Source: a virus (lineage: Duplodnaviria; Heunggongvirae; Uroviricota; Caudoviricetes). From it: DNA of 64,000 nt. Location: IMG/VR virus record IMGVR_UViG_3300035696_000002; one strand, given 5' to 3'. Under the pieces are notes generated by a model. It made no database searches. It saw nothing but the letters and a program-made list of their open reading frames with translations, and was not told where the DNA came from. The position numbers and the translations under genes are program-made. Below, one piece after another: positions 20,268 through 31,035 of this stretch. Position 1 is the first letter of the stretch; every line of letters starts with the position of its first letter.

Positions 20268-21011
20268 ATGGCCTACGATTACATCGACCAAGACATTCTT
20301 GCTTCGGCCCTAATCCTGCCGAAGAACAACGATTCCTTCTATAACCCTGCCAGTTCAGCACATACGGGCTTTGGCTACGACGGGCAACTCTACAATGCCG
20401 GAGCCATCGTCACACCCCCGTCGATCACACAAGTCGCTGTGGCAGCCGGGCTTGCAACCTACACAGCACTGAATTCCTTCACGGCGGGACAGTACGTGAA
20501 CATTCAAGGCCTAGCCCATACTGCTTTGAACATCTCCGGGCCGATCACCTTCGCGAATGCCACGACCTTCCAGCTTGCTACCACGGCGGCGACACTCGCC
20601 CCCGTTGCCGACAGCGGCGTAGCGACGCCTGTAGCTTCGTGGTACTCCGAGTACATCAACGGCGGCGATGCTTACCGCGACGACGCCGCGACATTCCCGT
20701 TGGCCGGGCTGATTTTGCTGTCACCCGTCTCTCTTGTAATACTGAATGAAACGACCGGAGCGTTGAATCTCTGGATGCAATTTTTGCTGGCTGACTCCTT
20801 CGCCTTGGCAAACAACTTCAACGGCTCGAATCAGGGCTTCTATCCTCAGGCTCTCAACTACGCGGACGGCGTGATCTCGGTGACGTACACCCCCGACCCC
20901 GGCAACCAGCCGCCGCATCCGGTGCCGCTTCCGACCGACCCGGCTCAATCCCACATGGTGGTGACAATGGATTTCGTGCAAGACAAAGTCTACTTAGACG
21001 TTGCTTTATAG
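20268..21011 (+). CDS. Hypothetical (probably structural) protein
   Basis: 247 aa, RBS AGGGG, composition like neighbouring virion proteins. Confidence 0.6.
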   Translation: MAYDYIDQDILASALILPKNNDSFYNPASSAHTGFGYDGQLYNAGAIVTPPSITQVAVAAGLATYTALNSFTAGQYVNIQGLAHTALNISGPITFANATTFQLATTAATLAPVADSGVATPVASWYSEYINGGDAYRDDAATFPLAGLILLSPVSLVILNETTGALNLWMQFLLADSFALANNFNGSNQGFYPQALNYADGVISVTYTPDPGNQPPHPVPLPTDPAQSHMVVTMDFVQDKVYLDVAL

Positions 21012-21020
21012 GAGTGATTT

Positions 21021-21806
21021 ATGCTGGATGACAAGAGTTTGCTTGAGTTGTGTTTGAAAGTTTCTGGTGGGTTTGAATCTGGAGGCGGAGCCAGCTATAC
21101 TTCGCTGACGGGAAATTTCGACGGCCAAGGTCTGTCCGCTGGCGTGCTGCAATGGAACGCCGGACAAGGAACGCTACAGGCCCTCGTCACCGCTATCGGC
21201 AACGCCATGGGGTGGGATAAGGCAAAGACTTTCTTCTCGTCCGACATCCAGCAGTTCTCCACACTCAAGGGACAAGCAGCGATTCAGTGGTGCCTCGATC
21301 ACTACATCGAGAACGGCACCACAAACATTGATCCCGGTGCAAAGGCGAAGTGGGTAACCTTCCTGAGTCAGCCGGAGTCAATCGCGGCACAGGTGCAGAT
21401 TGCATCGAACGGCGTGCTGGGGCATGCGAAGCGTGAGGTCGCGGCCTACTGCCCGGACTACGCTGACCGCAACCGCCCGTATGCGTTCTTTTTCGATCTC
21501 GTCACGCAGGAGGGCGGGATGACAGTTGGGCATCAAACCGTTCCCCCGGTGCCATCGGGCACGACGCCAGACGTTTCAGATGCGTTGAATTTCGCGGAGA
21601 CAAACAATCCCCGGTGTGCGGTGATCTGGCAGCAGAACATCAATGGGGATAATCTGGCACAGCTTCTCTTGCATTACGCCTACTCGCGTGCCATGCTGGC
21701 CAATCCGACGTATGCGTGGGACACGTGTTCACGCCGGGGCACTATCGCGTGCCGGGGCGGGGTTGTGCACGCGGCCACGATCAACTTCACTTCGACTCTC
21801 GATTAA
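21021..21806 (+). CDS. Putative endolysin / lysozyme-fold peptidoglycan hydrolase
   Basis: 261 aa; SGGFES...GNFDGQGLSAGVLQWNAGQGTLQ and FFDLVTQEGG motifs; RBS AGGAG. Confidence 0.6.
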   Translation: MLDDKSLLELCLKVSGGFESGGGASYTSLTGNFDGQGLSAGVLQWNAGQGTLQALVTAIGNAMGWDKAKTFFSSDIQQFSTLKGQAAIQWCLDHYIENGTTNIDPGAKAKWVTFLSQPESIAAQVQIASNGVLGHAKREVAAYCPDYADRNRPYAFFFDLVTQEGGMTVGHQTVPPVPSGTTPDVSDALNFAETNNPRCAVIWQQNINGDNLAQLLLHYAYSRAMLANPTYAWDTCSRRGTIACRGGVVHAATINFTSTLD

Positions 21807-22075
21807 GCGTCGCGGTATTCCGCAGAGTGCTTGTAAGCATCCGGGATATTGTGCGGCTCTGGCAATTCTGTCGGAGTTTGCCCGGCCTTGTCGTCGGCGA
21901 CTGCCGCCTGAGCCTTCTTGAGTTGATTGGGGTCAATGTGAACGGCCTTGGTGACCGAGTCCCATAGCTGGAACACGGCCATCCCTTCGGTCGGATCAAC
22001 ACCCATCCCTGAGTGCCGCTTGAGAACGTGAAGCAGGTATTCGTGTAGCTCGTCTGTCAACTGAATGATCTTCAT
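21803..22075 (-). CDS. Hypothetical protein, probably leaderless
   Basis: MKIIQLTDELHEYLL...; ATG 8 nt after a GTATT motif. Confidence 0.55.
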   Translation of the reverse strand: MKIIQLTDELHEYLLHVLKRHSGMGVDPTEGMAVFQLWDSVTKAVHIDPNQLKKAQAAVADDKAGQTPTELPEPHNIPDAYKHSAEYRDA

Positions 22076-22088
22076 ACCCACATAATAC

Positions 22089-22634
22089 CTAGTTCTTAGG
22101 CAAAAGATCACCATCAAACTGCAAAATTGTCAGGTCAGCCTGAACACCCAAATCCTGAATGGAAGGCGGTACTGGCTCCTCCACCTGCGGGAGCAAGTAC
22201 GTCCCCAACGTGGTATTGGGCGTCACGCCGAGTTCTTTGGTTACGATCTTGACCCATGGACGCCAGTTCCCGGCGTACCGTTTCGCAACCTGTGCGAAGG
22301 TCATGTCGGCATTGAAATGTTTCGACCGCCCGTCAACCATCTTGGCGATCTGATCTTTCAGGGCAGCCCAACCTGCGGCGTCGGACTTGAACACGACGTG
22401 ACCGCCCTTGCCGATGGACTTCTGGCCGGGCAGCTTCGCGGCGGCGGGGATGGTCTTTAAGTCGCCGGGGTTATGGTACCGCGTCGGGATGACGCCACGG
22501 ACGCCGAAGCCCTCAGCATCAGCGATAGCGGACGCCAGCGAGTTAACACGCTCCGGGGCCGGGGCGGACTGGGCAAACGCACCAGCCGTCAGGACGAGAA
22601 TGAGTAAAGCTACAGCAAAATTGATTGTTTTCAT
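22089..22634 (-). CDS. Secreted lysozyme-like protein (RxxNPGxL motif family)
   Basis: Signal peptide MKTINFAVALLILVLTAGAFA; AIADAEG...TRYHNPGDL...VFKSDAAGWAALKDQI...YA. Confidence 0.55.
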   Translation of the reverse strand: MKTINFAVALLILVLTAGAFAQSAPAPERVNSLASAIADAEGFGVRGVIPTRYHNPGDLKTIPAAAKLPGQKSIGKGGHVVFKSDAAGWAALKDQIAKMVDGRSKHFNADMTFAQVAKRYAGNWRPWVKIVTKELGVTPNTTLGTYLLPQVEEPVPPSIQDLGVQADLTILQFDGDLLPKN

Positions 22635-22701
22635 AGCGAGTTCGTTTCGTACAACCAACCGATCTGCTCGTAAAAACTCCTCGTTCTAAGCCTCCCCCTA
22701 T

Positions 22702-22731
22702 ATTCTACCGGGTTTCAAGGCAAATTGGCCA
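22702..22731 (-). promoter_or_regulatory. Class A promoter TGGCCA-N18-TAGAAT
   Basis: Same architecture as copies at 46131, 46987, 59354, 61487. Confidence 0.55.
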
Positions 22732-22889
22732 CTCATAAAACACTGAGGGCACAGGAGTTAGCTGTGCCCGTTTGTTCTAAAAGATCGAAAGGGAACTCCA
22801 GCAGGCTTTGACACCTTCCGGGTTCCCTCTCACTTTATACTTGATATTGGGAAAACTTGCAAGGAAAAACAGCAAGTCTATTGTTTTGT

Positions 22890-25856
22890 TTACGGTAGCG
22901 TGGTTGGAACGTGCGGTTCAAAGACGAAAGAGTCGGCTGAAATCGCCCGGCCAACCACCACGACCCAGTTCACGCCGGACGTGATGAGCGTGGCATAATC
23001 CTGCGTCAAGGCCCCGCCCAGCCCGGCATAGATCAGACCGCCGACCGTGAAGCTGGCTCCAAGAATCTGGAACACGCCGCCGAAGGTGGTGCCAACCTCT
23101 AACGGCTGCCCGGTCTCGCCCGCCGCCAAGGCGATGCCGTCCACTATCGGGGTAGCGGCTGGCGGAATGGCTGGCGGATGAACCGGGATCGGGATCGTCG
23201 GATCGACCGGGATCAGGTCGCCATTCGCGTTGAAGTAAACCGCAGTCCCTATCGGGAAGTTGGCCCCGGCAACGAACGCCTTGGCTGCGGTATTGGCGTT
23301 AGTCGGAACCTGTAAGCTGGCACTGGGGGAGTCGAACTGCACCATGCTGAACTGGCTGCCCGTCAAAATGGTCTGGGGCGTTGCTAGATCGTCCGTGGCT
23401 GAGACGGTGAACACATCGCCAACGTTAACCCCGTTCAGCGTGGTAAAGAACGGTAGCGTGATTGGCCCAGCCGTACTCGGATCGGTCGAAATGGTGAAAA
23501 CTGAGTTTCCGTTCTGGTAAATCGTCACTGTGCGGGTGCCAACGTCACCCGGCCCCCAGAGTAGCTGGCCGGAAATTGTGTACGCCCCGGCAGCCTGAAT
23601 GGTGAACGTGTTCGGACTTGTGACATTGTTCGTGACATCAAAATCAATTTTGTCGAACGAGATGGTGTTACCCTGATTGCCGGGCAGCACCGAAGTTGTA
23701 TCGACAGAGGACTCGACCTGAAACCCAAGCTGCTGGGCTTGAGCAAGGGCCGTCTGGGCCTGCGAGATGGATGATTGGATCGCGGCTTGGGCCTGATCGC
23801 GAAACTGCAAGATGCCCTGATAGCTCAGGTTCGTGCGGAGCATCGCGATCTGCACTGGAATCGGCTGAGCCTGAATATCGGGCCGTGACAAGAATGCTGT
23901 CGGATTGAAAGTGTTGCCCGTCCAGCCGCTCGTCGTATCGTCCGGTGCCGTGTTGTTTTGGAATGCCACGGCAGGGGTGACTGGAATTGGTAGCAACGGC
24001 GTGCCCGGCGTCCACTGACGATTACGAGTCGCGGCGTCAACCGTGATCGTGTTGTAGTCGAGCGGATTCCCCAGTGGGTCTACCGCTGAATCTAATGAGC
24101 CAACATAAGTGACCACGAACTGCACAAGGTATGGGTCTTGCACAAGCAGAGCTTGCAGGTTGGCATTGAAGTCACGCCAGAACTGACTGAAACGATCCAC
24201 CTGAGTGGCAGTGCCGAACTGGTCGAAGGTGAAACGGTTCTGAGCCCGTGGGGACTGATACGTCGTTGCCAGATTGATGTTTGCTGTTGCAATGGCGATT
24301 ACCTGATTCAAGACGGCCTGAATTGCATTTGGGTACGTGCATAAAACTGGAAACTCCGCAACGCCCTCACCAAGCTGGACGGTGGTTGTCTGTGACGGAT
24401 TGATCGCCGTAGGTTTGTAATCCGTGTCCGTCCCGGTGAAGCTCGACAGATACGTGTTGTCTGCATACGCATCCCATGTCGCGTTGCGGGTGTACCCAAG
24501 GAGGCCAGCCTCCACATACGAAAGCTTCCACAGGATGTTGCCTTGTGCAAGCGGCGTGGCTGCGGTCAGTGTGTCGATCAACGGAATGTCGGTGGGCGTG
24601 TTCTGAAGACCGGGGCCGTCAAGATAGTTGTTCCACGGCACGGCGTTGTCTGCAAATGAAGTCAGCGTGGGCTGGATGTACTGCGTGTACGCTCCCTCCA
24701 GATTGTTGATCCAGTTTCCACCACGAGACATACGTGTGAGGCCCAAGTAAAACACCCACGCCGAGGTGATGTACGGATCGAAATTTGAAGCCACAACCGC
24801 ACCCAGATTGATATTGTGCACCAGAGCCGCACGCAAGTTCGACTGCCGGACGGTGAGGTTCGGGTTAGCGTAATCCGCATCAGTCGGCTCAATAGTGTTG
24901 TCCCGCAGGGCCGGAACGATTGAGACGATATTGGCTGCATACGTTGCGGCAGGCATCTGATAATCCGAGATGATCGTGTTCGGATCAGGTACGGCACCAA
25001 GCATTGACGAGTTTGGATTGAACGGTGTTTGTGTACCACCAGTTGACGAATTGGCCGGAAGATAAACTGGCGTGGCCGTCGTGCTCTGCATCTGGCTGAT
25101 GAACGTCGGGTCAGTGTAATCCTGATTCGCTGGCGGCACAGTCCCACCCAGCGGCGGGACAAACGATGTCGTGCCGAGGGTGTTTCCACTGTACTGAGTC
25201 ACCATGGTGGGTTGATTGGTAAAGATGTTGCCGTAACCCGGAAGCTGCGGAATGCACTGGCTGAACGAGAAATTTGTATTGAATGTGAGGTTCGGCTTCA
25301 GGGCCGCGAACGCCGCCAAGGGCGAAAAGTTGAACCCGTTCCAGTGAAAAATAGAATCCGGGATCAAATTTGGAATCGACGGCAAACTCGGTAGACCCCA
25401 GTTACAAATGTTGTTCATCAGGAGGGCGATGGACTGTAGGTTCGCGTTCACCATCGCCAACAGGTTGGTCTCCATTGACTGAAGTTGACCAATATTTGAC
25501 TGAACTGCTGAGATGATTCCTGTGATCTCCGATTGAAATTGCTGAACCTCCTGCAAGAACTTGATGCCATCAGCAATGTACAGGAAGACACGGACACGAT
25601 GCTTGTTCTGTCCGTCTGCGGCGAGGATCGCCGAGTCGATCTTCTGTTGAATCTTTTCCTGCAAGTCTTTCTTGCGTTTCAACAGGGATGCATTTGCATC
25701 GCCAATGCTGCTTTCAAGGAAGCGGCCATCTTCCATGGCCTTCTGATAGTACTGCTGGACGGTCGGGTCGTCGGCGAACTGGTGCCGCTGCACCGCACCG
25801 AGGGCTCGGATCGGCCAAATTTGAGCGTTCTGTAAATCTGACGGTAGGCTTCCCAT
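22890..25856 (-). CDS. Large virion structural protein
   Basis: 988 aa; N-terminal coiled coil, C1q-like segment (ISFDKIDFD...FTIQAAGAYTISGQL), cement-like C-terminus. Confidence 0.55.
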   Translation of the reverse strand: MGSLPSDLQNAQIWPIRALGAVQRHQFADDPTVQQYYQKAMEDGRFLESSIGDANASLLKRKKDLQEKIQQKIDSAILAADGQNKHRVRVFLYIADGIKFLQEVQQFQSEITGIISAVQSNIGQLQSMETNLLAMVNANLQSIALLMNNICNWGLPSLPSIPNLIPDSIFHWNGFNFSPLAAFAALKPNLTFNTNFSFSQCIPQLPGYGNIFTNQPTMVTQYSGNTLGTTSFVPPLGGTVPPANQDYTDPTFISQMQSTTATPVYLPANSSTGGTQTPFNPNSSMLGAVPDPNTIISDYQMPAATYAANIVSIVPALRDNTIEPTDADYANPNLTVRQSNLRAALVHNINLGAVVASNFDPYITSAWVFYLGLTRMSRGGNWINNLEGAYTQYIQPTLTSFADNAVPWNNYLDGPGLQNTPTDIPLIDTLTAATPLAQGNILWKLSYVEAGLLGYTRNATWDAYADNTYLSSFTGTDTDYKPTAINPSQTTTVQLGEGVAEFPVLCTYPNAIQAVLNQVIAIATANINLATTYQSPRAQNRFTFDQFGTATQVDRFSQFWRDFNANLQALLVQDPYLVQFVVTYVGSLDSAVDPLGNPLDYNTITVDAATRNRQWTPGTPLLPIPVTPAVAFQNNTAPDDTTSGWTGNTFNPTAFLSRPDIQAQPIPVQIAMLRTNLSYQGILQFRDQAQAAIQSSISQAQTALAQAQQLGFQVESSVDTTSVLPGNQGNTISFDKIDFDVTNNVTSPNTFTIQAAGAYTISGQLLWGPGDVGTRTVTIYQNGNSVFTISTDPSTAGPITLPFFTTLNGVNVGDVFTVSATDDLATPQTILTGSQFSMVQFDSPSASLQVPTNANTAAKAFVAGANFPIGTAVYFNANGDLIPVDPTIPIPVHPPAIPPAATPIVDGIALAAGETGQPLEVGTTFGGVFQILGASFTVGGLIYAGLGGALTQDYATLITSGVNWVVVVGRAISADSFVFEPHVPTTLP

Positions 25857-28264
25857 TAGCTATTCTCGTCCGTACCCGCTGTGTTCTGGGTACCTTGGTT
25901 GTTCAAAATGTCTGGGGCTTCCACAGTATGGCGTGTCAAAGACGCATCAATGGATTTCTGTTGCGTGAAGACGCGGTCGGTCTTGGACACATGCCGCCAC
26001 GAGGTGCACTCTGTGATCCAGTCACCTGTCGTGTTGTAGTGCAGGTTTCCTTTGTGCGAGATGTCGATGTCCCCTTCAAGCTCAATACGCAGGGCCTTAC
26101 CCTGATTGTTGGCCTTGATGACGATTTCCACACCGCCGTCGAAGGTCGCGGTGAGTGAGCGGCCCTGTTTATCAGAGCCGATAGTTGCGACTAGCCCGCC
26201 CGCAGTGTCCAATAAAATCGACTGCCCAGAAATCGGATTGCCGCCAACGCGAACAAGGATGTCACGAACCGCGTGGAGATCAAGCGAAAGCCCATGCTGA
26301 TCCATAGGTGAATTCGTCAGGTTTGAATCGCCGGGCACCGGAGTTCCGCTCCATGCCGCCGCGTTAAATGGGGCAAGACCAAGTTGTGGTAGGCCCGCCT
26401 GCGTCAGGTCATGGACGTTGCCAGATGATCCTGACAAGGCGTATTTTGAGTCCCCGGCACCATAGTTCGGGCGTCCGGGCGAGTGGGAGTCAATTCGACT
26501 TGCATCACCAACCGCATACGGTGTCACACCGGGGCCGTCTTTATAACCGTTCACCAAGTGACGACGGAGGGCCGCAGGATTACGAGCACCGAGACGGAGC
26601 ACTGCTGCACCGTCAAACGCTGCGGTGAGCGAAACACTCTCTGCTCCCGTCTTGTTGTAGCCTTGCATGTTCACGCCGGAGTCGCCGGGCTTCAATTTAA
26701 CGCCTGATGCCGTCCAGTACTGCAACTGGCGAGCTTGCGGAGCATCACTCTTACTTCGCAACTGAGTCAGGACGGTACGCCGGGCATTCGGCAATGCGGT
26801 GTCGTCGGCACCGAGGCGGATGACTGCTTGACCGAGGGCCTGAAGATCAATCGCGTCTTCCTCATCTCTGTTCTTACCGACCACCATCTTCATCGAACCC
26901 ACAAGGTGGGCTTCAACGGAACGGCCCGCACCGTGGGGATACTCATAAGGCGTCGTGCCATTGTTGAGTGGGATATTTTCTTTCGGTAATGTGGCACCGA
27001 TTTCAAACGTCAGCAAGCCTTCCTTGGTGATATCGAATCGCGTCGTGTTCTGATCGAATGGGAACCGCGTTGCACAAGCGGAGGCCGCAAGACGGGCTTC
27101 AACGTGATCCGGCGAATCCACAACGGGCAGGTAGCCCGAGGAAATGTCCGCACCGAAACGGCCCTGACTCACGTTTGTAGTCGCGGAAATCGACAGTGTT
27201 GGCTTCAATACGTAGCCATACGTCATCGTGTCAAAACGGTTGTATCCAACCAGCGTGCCTGCTACAGCTTCCTTGATGAATGCACGGCGTTGCGGCGTCG
27301 GGCCTTCATTCAACGTCGGGCCAACGGCAGTCTTCCCAGAGTTGATCGGGTTATCCCAGCCCTGATTGACGACCATGAATGTTTCGGAATCATAAGCCGT
27401 CTGTCCGCTTGGGGCTGTGACAGTCGTGCGTGCCCATGGATCGGCTATCGTACCGAGGATCGTGTCGAATAGGGTGGTCTGGATAATCTCGGCAGGCATC
27501 GGGTAGTCGAGCGAGTATTCCTGCACGAAGTCCGTGTGTTCCGCAAACGGAATGACATCTGGTTTCCCGGAGACGTAGCGATCCTGAAGTTGGGCACCGG
27601 GCTGAAGGTAGACGATGTACTCCGAACTTCCGTCAGGCAGAATTGCTGGCGTCAGGTTTGAAGCATTAGGCCGATTGATCGGCCCGGAGAACGATAGCCC
27701 AGCGTCAGTGTAGCCGACCCGGCGTCCAGTGATCTGGGTGCGTGTCCGACGTTCAGCGTCAACACGGTCACGGCTGAAATCAGCAGTGAGGGTATCCCAG
27801 CCAGTGTCCAGCTTTTCGCTGAACCCACCAGTCATGATCGTGGCTCGCTGTGCTGGGTAGGCCTTACGATAACCGCCACGGATGCGGTCGCTCCAGCCTT
27901 GAATTTCGTTGTTCTCAATCGGACGGATAGCAATGCTGTCTTGTCCGGTGATCGTGTCCATGAGCGTGTAAGACAAAATCACCACAGAGGTAGAGCCTCG
28001 CTCGTACCAGAGGTGAGCACACACGCAGTGCGTACCCTGCTCAGGCATGGTGACATCACTGCTTTCATACGAGGAGTAGTGGGCAGGGAACGCAAGAACG
28101 TCCATGTAGATGGACTGGTCGCGTGTGTCCTCAAGAGTGAGAACTTTTCGCTCGTAATCTACCGTGACAACTTTGGCCAGAAAGATTTGGAACTGCTGTT
28201 CCGTTCGATTCCGGTCAAACTTGCCGGGGCGATACAACCCCGAATTATCCTTGATGATTCCCAT
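25856..28264 (-). CDS. Baseplate spike protein, gp5/gpV-like
   Basis: 802 aa; N-terminal OB-like FLAKVVTVDYERKVLTL...MPEQG; C-terminal beta-repeat segment; follows hub gene. Confidence 0.55.
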   Translation of the reverse strand: MGIIKDNSGLYRPGKFDRNRTEQQFQIFLAKVVTVDYERKVLTLEDTRDQSIYMDVLAFPAHYSSYESSDVTMPEQGTHCVCAHLWYERGSTSVVILSYTLMDTITGQDSIAIRPIENNEIQGWSDRIRGGYRKAYPAQRATIMTGGFSEKLDTGWDTLTADFSRDRVDAERRTRTQITGRRVGYTDAGLSFSGPINRPNASNLTPAILPDGSSEYIVYLQPGAQLQDRYVSGKPDVIPFAEHTDFVQEYSLDYPMPAEIIQTTLFDTILGTIADPWARTTVTAPSGQTAYDSETFMVVNQGWDNPINSGKTAVGPTLNEGPTPQRRAFIKEAVAGTLVGYNRFDTMTYGYVLKPTLSISATTNVSQGRFGADISSGYLPVVDSPDHVEARLAASACATRFPFDQNTTRFDITKEGLLTFEIGATLPKENIPLNNGTTPYEYPHGAGRSVEAHLVGSMKMVVGKNRDEEDAIDLQALGQAVIRLGADDTALPNARRTVLTQLRSKSDAPQARQLQYWTASGVKLKPGDSGVNMQGYNKTGAESVSLTAAFDGAAVLRLGARNPAALRRHLVNGYKDGPGVTPYAVGDASRIDSHSPGRPNYGAGDSKYALSGSSGNVHDLTQAGLPQLGLAPFNAAAWSGTPVPGDSNLTNSPMDQHGLSLDLHAVRDILVRVGGNPISGQSILLDTAGGLVATIGSDKQGRSLTATFDGGVEIVIKANNQGKALRIELEGDIDISHKGNLHYNTTGDWITECTSWRHVSKTDRVFTQQKSIDASLTRHTVEAPDILNNQGTQNTAGTDENS

Positions 28265-28269
28265 TTACT

Positions 28270-31035
28270 TTAGGTCGCTGGCCCCTGATATTGGTCAAGC
28301 TCCGTCGAATCTTGCGTCGGCGTGCTACTGACTGTTGGGGCATTCTGTACAGTTACAGTGTTCAAGCCCTGCACTGAAGGCACAGTCGGAACTGGTGTGA
28401 TCGCGGCGGCGAAGGCCTCCTTGACCGCATTCGTCGGGGCAACCTGCCCACTAACTAATACGTCAATCATGTTCACTTCGGTAACTTGAGAATTCGTAAG
28501 TTCCGAGGAGATGATGCGGTTCTGGGTATCTGGCTGAGCCGTATTGAGAAGCTGGGAATCATTCGACTGCCCCGCGTTGTACTGCAACACGATGACCGTG
28601 TCGTTGATCGCGGCGTTCTGAACGTCGGATAACGCAGTAATAAGCTGATTCGCCGACTGGGCCGTGGCTGTTGGCGTTCCCAGACCCGCGAAGACGAGGG
28701 CTTCCTGATTGTTCACAATCGTGAGATCGGGCGGCGGGGCCGGATTCCCGTTTAGATCGGTGGTTGCCGTGATGTAACCGTCGCTGGTGAATTCCAGCAA
28801 AGCTGTCCGAAGGTTTTGCCAACGACCCCATGGCAGCACGCCGACAAGCTCATAACCCTTGTCATCCGTGTACGGAATGGTCTTTCGAGTGTCGTTGATG
28901 TACGACTGGTCAACAAGGCGTGGCTTGCTGTTGTTCGGGTAGGTTCCCGACTTCCCGAAGGTCTGAGCCGTGTCGTTCTGGGCCTGCCAGCTAGATGAGG
29001 TTGTGTCCTGCTGCGTTCGGAAATCGCAAGCACGGGTGCTCTCACTCCAAGTCTTGATGATGAGTTGATGGTCGGTAGCGACGAGGCTCTGCCCGCTCTG
29101 CGGTGAAGTGTTCATCGAGTTCGGCGTCGCCGGGAGCGGGGTGGTAGCCACACCCATCGGGTTCGCGGGATCGTCCACATCCGGCTGCGAATTACCCGTC
29201 TGCCCATACTGCACCTGATTGCCTTGTGTCAACGTCTGGTACCAATCTTGGAAGTAGCCGTAGTTTGTTCCCGGAGACTGGTTCGGGTTCGGGCCGTTTT
29301 GCGGAGCCCCTTTGACATACTTGTAGACAAGATTCGGGGCACTCGTATACGCCGTGTATTTGGTGCCGTCCGCCGTTGTCTGCTCAGTCGGTAGGAGTAC
29401 GCGACGACGCAGGCCCACAAGCGTGAGACTCATCGTGGCCGTCGAACCAACCTGATAGTTCAACTGAATCGACTTGATGTAGCCGTACATGTCCTTGTGC
29501 GGAATGAAACACGGGAAGCCGACCTTAAGCTCAGGCCGCATTGGGATCGTGACCGTGTATGTGCGGTATGCGAGATTCGCTCGCGATAATTCAGTCACAG
29601 CGTAAGCCCACAGCGTGAACATGTCGCCGTTCCGCACCCACGGCAGGGTAATGGCGGGCTCTTCGCGGAGGCCAAACTGCTTCAACTTTTGCACGTCGAT
29701 GTAGTCAACAACAGCCATCACATCGTTCTGCTGCACACCCGGAAATCCGGGGTTGAAAATGCCGTTGCAAGTGATACGGGTCTTTCTGATCGCCGCCTGA
29801 TCCTCCGTCTCCTGCTCAGTCAAAATCTCAGACAGGTTGATGATGAATGGGTTTGTCTGCGGATTGATCGCCGTCAGCGGGTTGACGATGGAATAGTAGT
29901 TCGATCCCACCTGTTGCTGATTGCTCGTCGTTGGCCCAGCCTTCGTGTCACGAGGCCCAAGCTCTGTAACGTCGAGGTTATAGAGCGGCGGCTTGATGAT
30001 AATCAGGCCGTCAACGTCCTGATACGCTTCGAAGTTAATCAAGCCAACATAGTGCCGCAGGATTTCCATGCGGGACATGATTTTGTTGTTCAAATTTGTG
30101 ATCGGACTGACGATGTTGTCCGGCAAATACTGCCGAATTTTCTGGTAGTAGATGTGCTTCTGTGCCGTGACTTCGTTGTACACGGAGTGGTACGTCTGAG
30201 CATCAGGCAACTCATCCTTGTGCATGACGCCCTTTACCTCAGACTTCTTGAACAGTTTGGTGAACTGGGCCTGATCCTTGAACTGGACGCCGTAAAGGTG
30301 GACATCGTTGGCGAGATTCGCGAGGATTGACTCCCACTTGGAGATGTACCCCTTCTCCACTGACTGACCGAACAACCCAGCCGAGACCTTGCCTTGGTTG
30401 ATTGAGTTGATGTCAAACCCAGAAGCCCCTTGGAACCCCAGCAAGAAGACACCCGCGATGATCTGATACGGATCGAGACCGTGGAAAATGCTCTGGTATT
30501 CCTGAGCATGGACTTCTTTCGTGCCGTTGTGGATGTTGGCCGGGGCAAGGTTGATCTGCATCAACTCAAGGAAGTGCAGCGAACCATAGCAATGCAACTG
30601 GAGTTCAAGAATCTTACCGTTGTCGGCGTAGGAAATACCCGACACAAGCCCCTTGAAGACCCGGCGATAAACAGTGTCGCCGGAATTCGACATGTAGTAG
30701 CCCTTGGCAAAAACCTGCACTTGCATCATGCTCTGGATGAGGTTGTTGCCGCCCGGCATGACGAATAGGTGCTTCAGGAAGTTCGGCACTTCGAGGCCAA
30801 TGCTGGCACTGGGGATCAAACTTTCCGTATCGTAGCTGCAATTGAACGACGTGACGTAATCGTTAAAATTGACGATGGTGAAATCGTTCCCAGAATTCGG
30901 ATCGTCGATAAAGTAGTTGATGAGGTACGGGAAGCCTTCCAGATACACGATGAGATCGGGGGCTGTCTTAACAATCTCGCGTTCTTGAACAGTCTGCGAG
31001 ACGAACCGGATTTGATTGTTGTTCGGGTTAGTCAT
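28270..31035 (-). CDS. Baseplate hub protein (gp27/gpD-like)
   Basis: 921 aa; YRRVFKGLV, FEAYQDVDGLIIIKPPLYN, QFGLR, TIPMRPELKVGFP, YIKSI motifs. Confidence 0.7.
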   Translation of the reverse strand: MTNPNNNQIRFVSQTVQEREIVKTAPDLIVYLEGFPYLINYFIDDPNSGNDFTIVNFNDYVTSFNCSYDTESLIPSASIGLEVPNFLKHLFVMPGGNNLIQSMMQVQVFAKGYYMSNSGDTVYRRVFKGLVSGISYADNGKILELQLHCYGSLHFLELMQINLAPANIHNGTKEVHAQEYQSIFHGLDPYQIIAGVFLLGFQGASGFDINSINQGKVSAGLFGQSVEKGYISKWESILANLANDVHLYGVQFKDQAQFTKLFKKSEVKGVMHKDELPDAQTYHSVYNEVTAQKHIYYQKIRQYLPDNIVSPITNLNNKIMSRMEILRHYVGLINFEAYQDVDGLIIIKPPLYNLDVTELGPRDTKAGPTTSNQQQVGSNYYSIVNPLTAINPQTNPFIINLSEILTEQETEDQAAIRKTRITCNGIFNPGFPGVQQNDVMAVVDYIDVQKLKQFGLREEPAITLPWVRNGDMFTLWAYAVTELSRANLAYRTYTVTIPMRPELKVGFPCFIPHKDMYGYIKSIQLNYQVGSTATMSLTLVGLRRRVLLPTEQTTADGTKYTAYTSAPNLVYKYVKGAPQNGPNPNQSPGTNYGYFQDWYQTLTQGNQVQYGQTGNSQPDVDDPANPMGVATTPLPATPNSMNTSPQSGQSLVATDHQLIIKTWSESTRACDFRTQQDTTSSSWQAQNDTAQTFGKSGTYPNNSKPRLVDQSYINDTRKTIPYTDDKGYELVGVLPWGRWQNLRTALLEFTSDGYITATTDLNGNPAPPPDLTIVNNQEALVFAGLGTPTATAQSANQLITALSDVQNAAINDTVIVLQYNAGQSNDSQLLNTAQPDTQNRIISSELTNSQVTEVNMIDVLVSGQVAPTNAVKEAFAAAITPVPTVPSVQGLNTVTVQNAPTVSSTPTQDSTELDQYQGPAT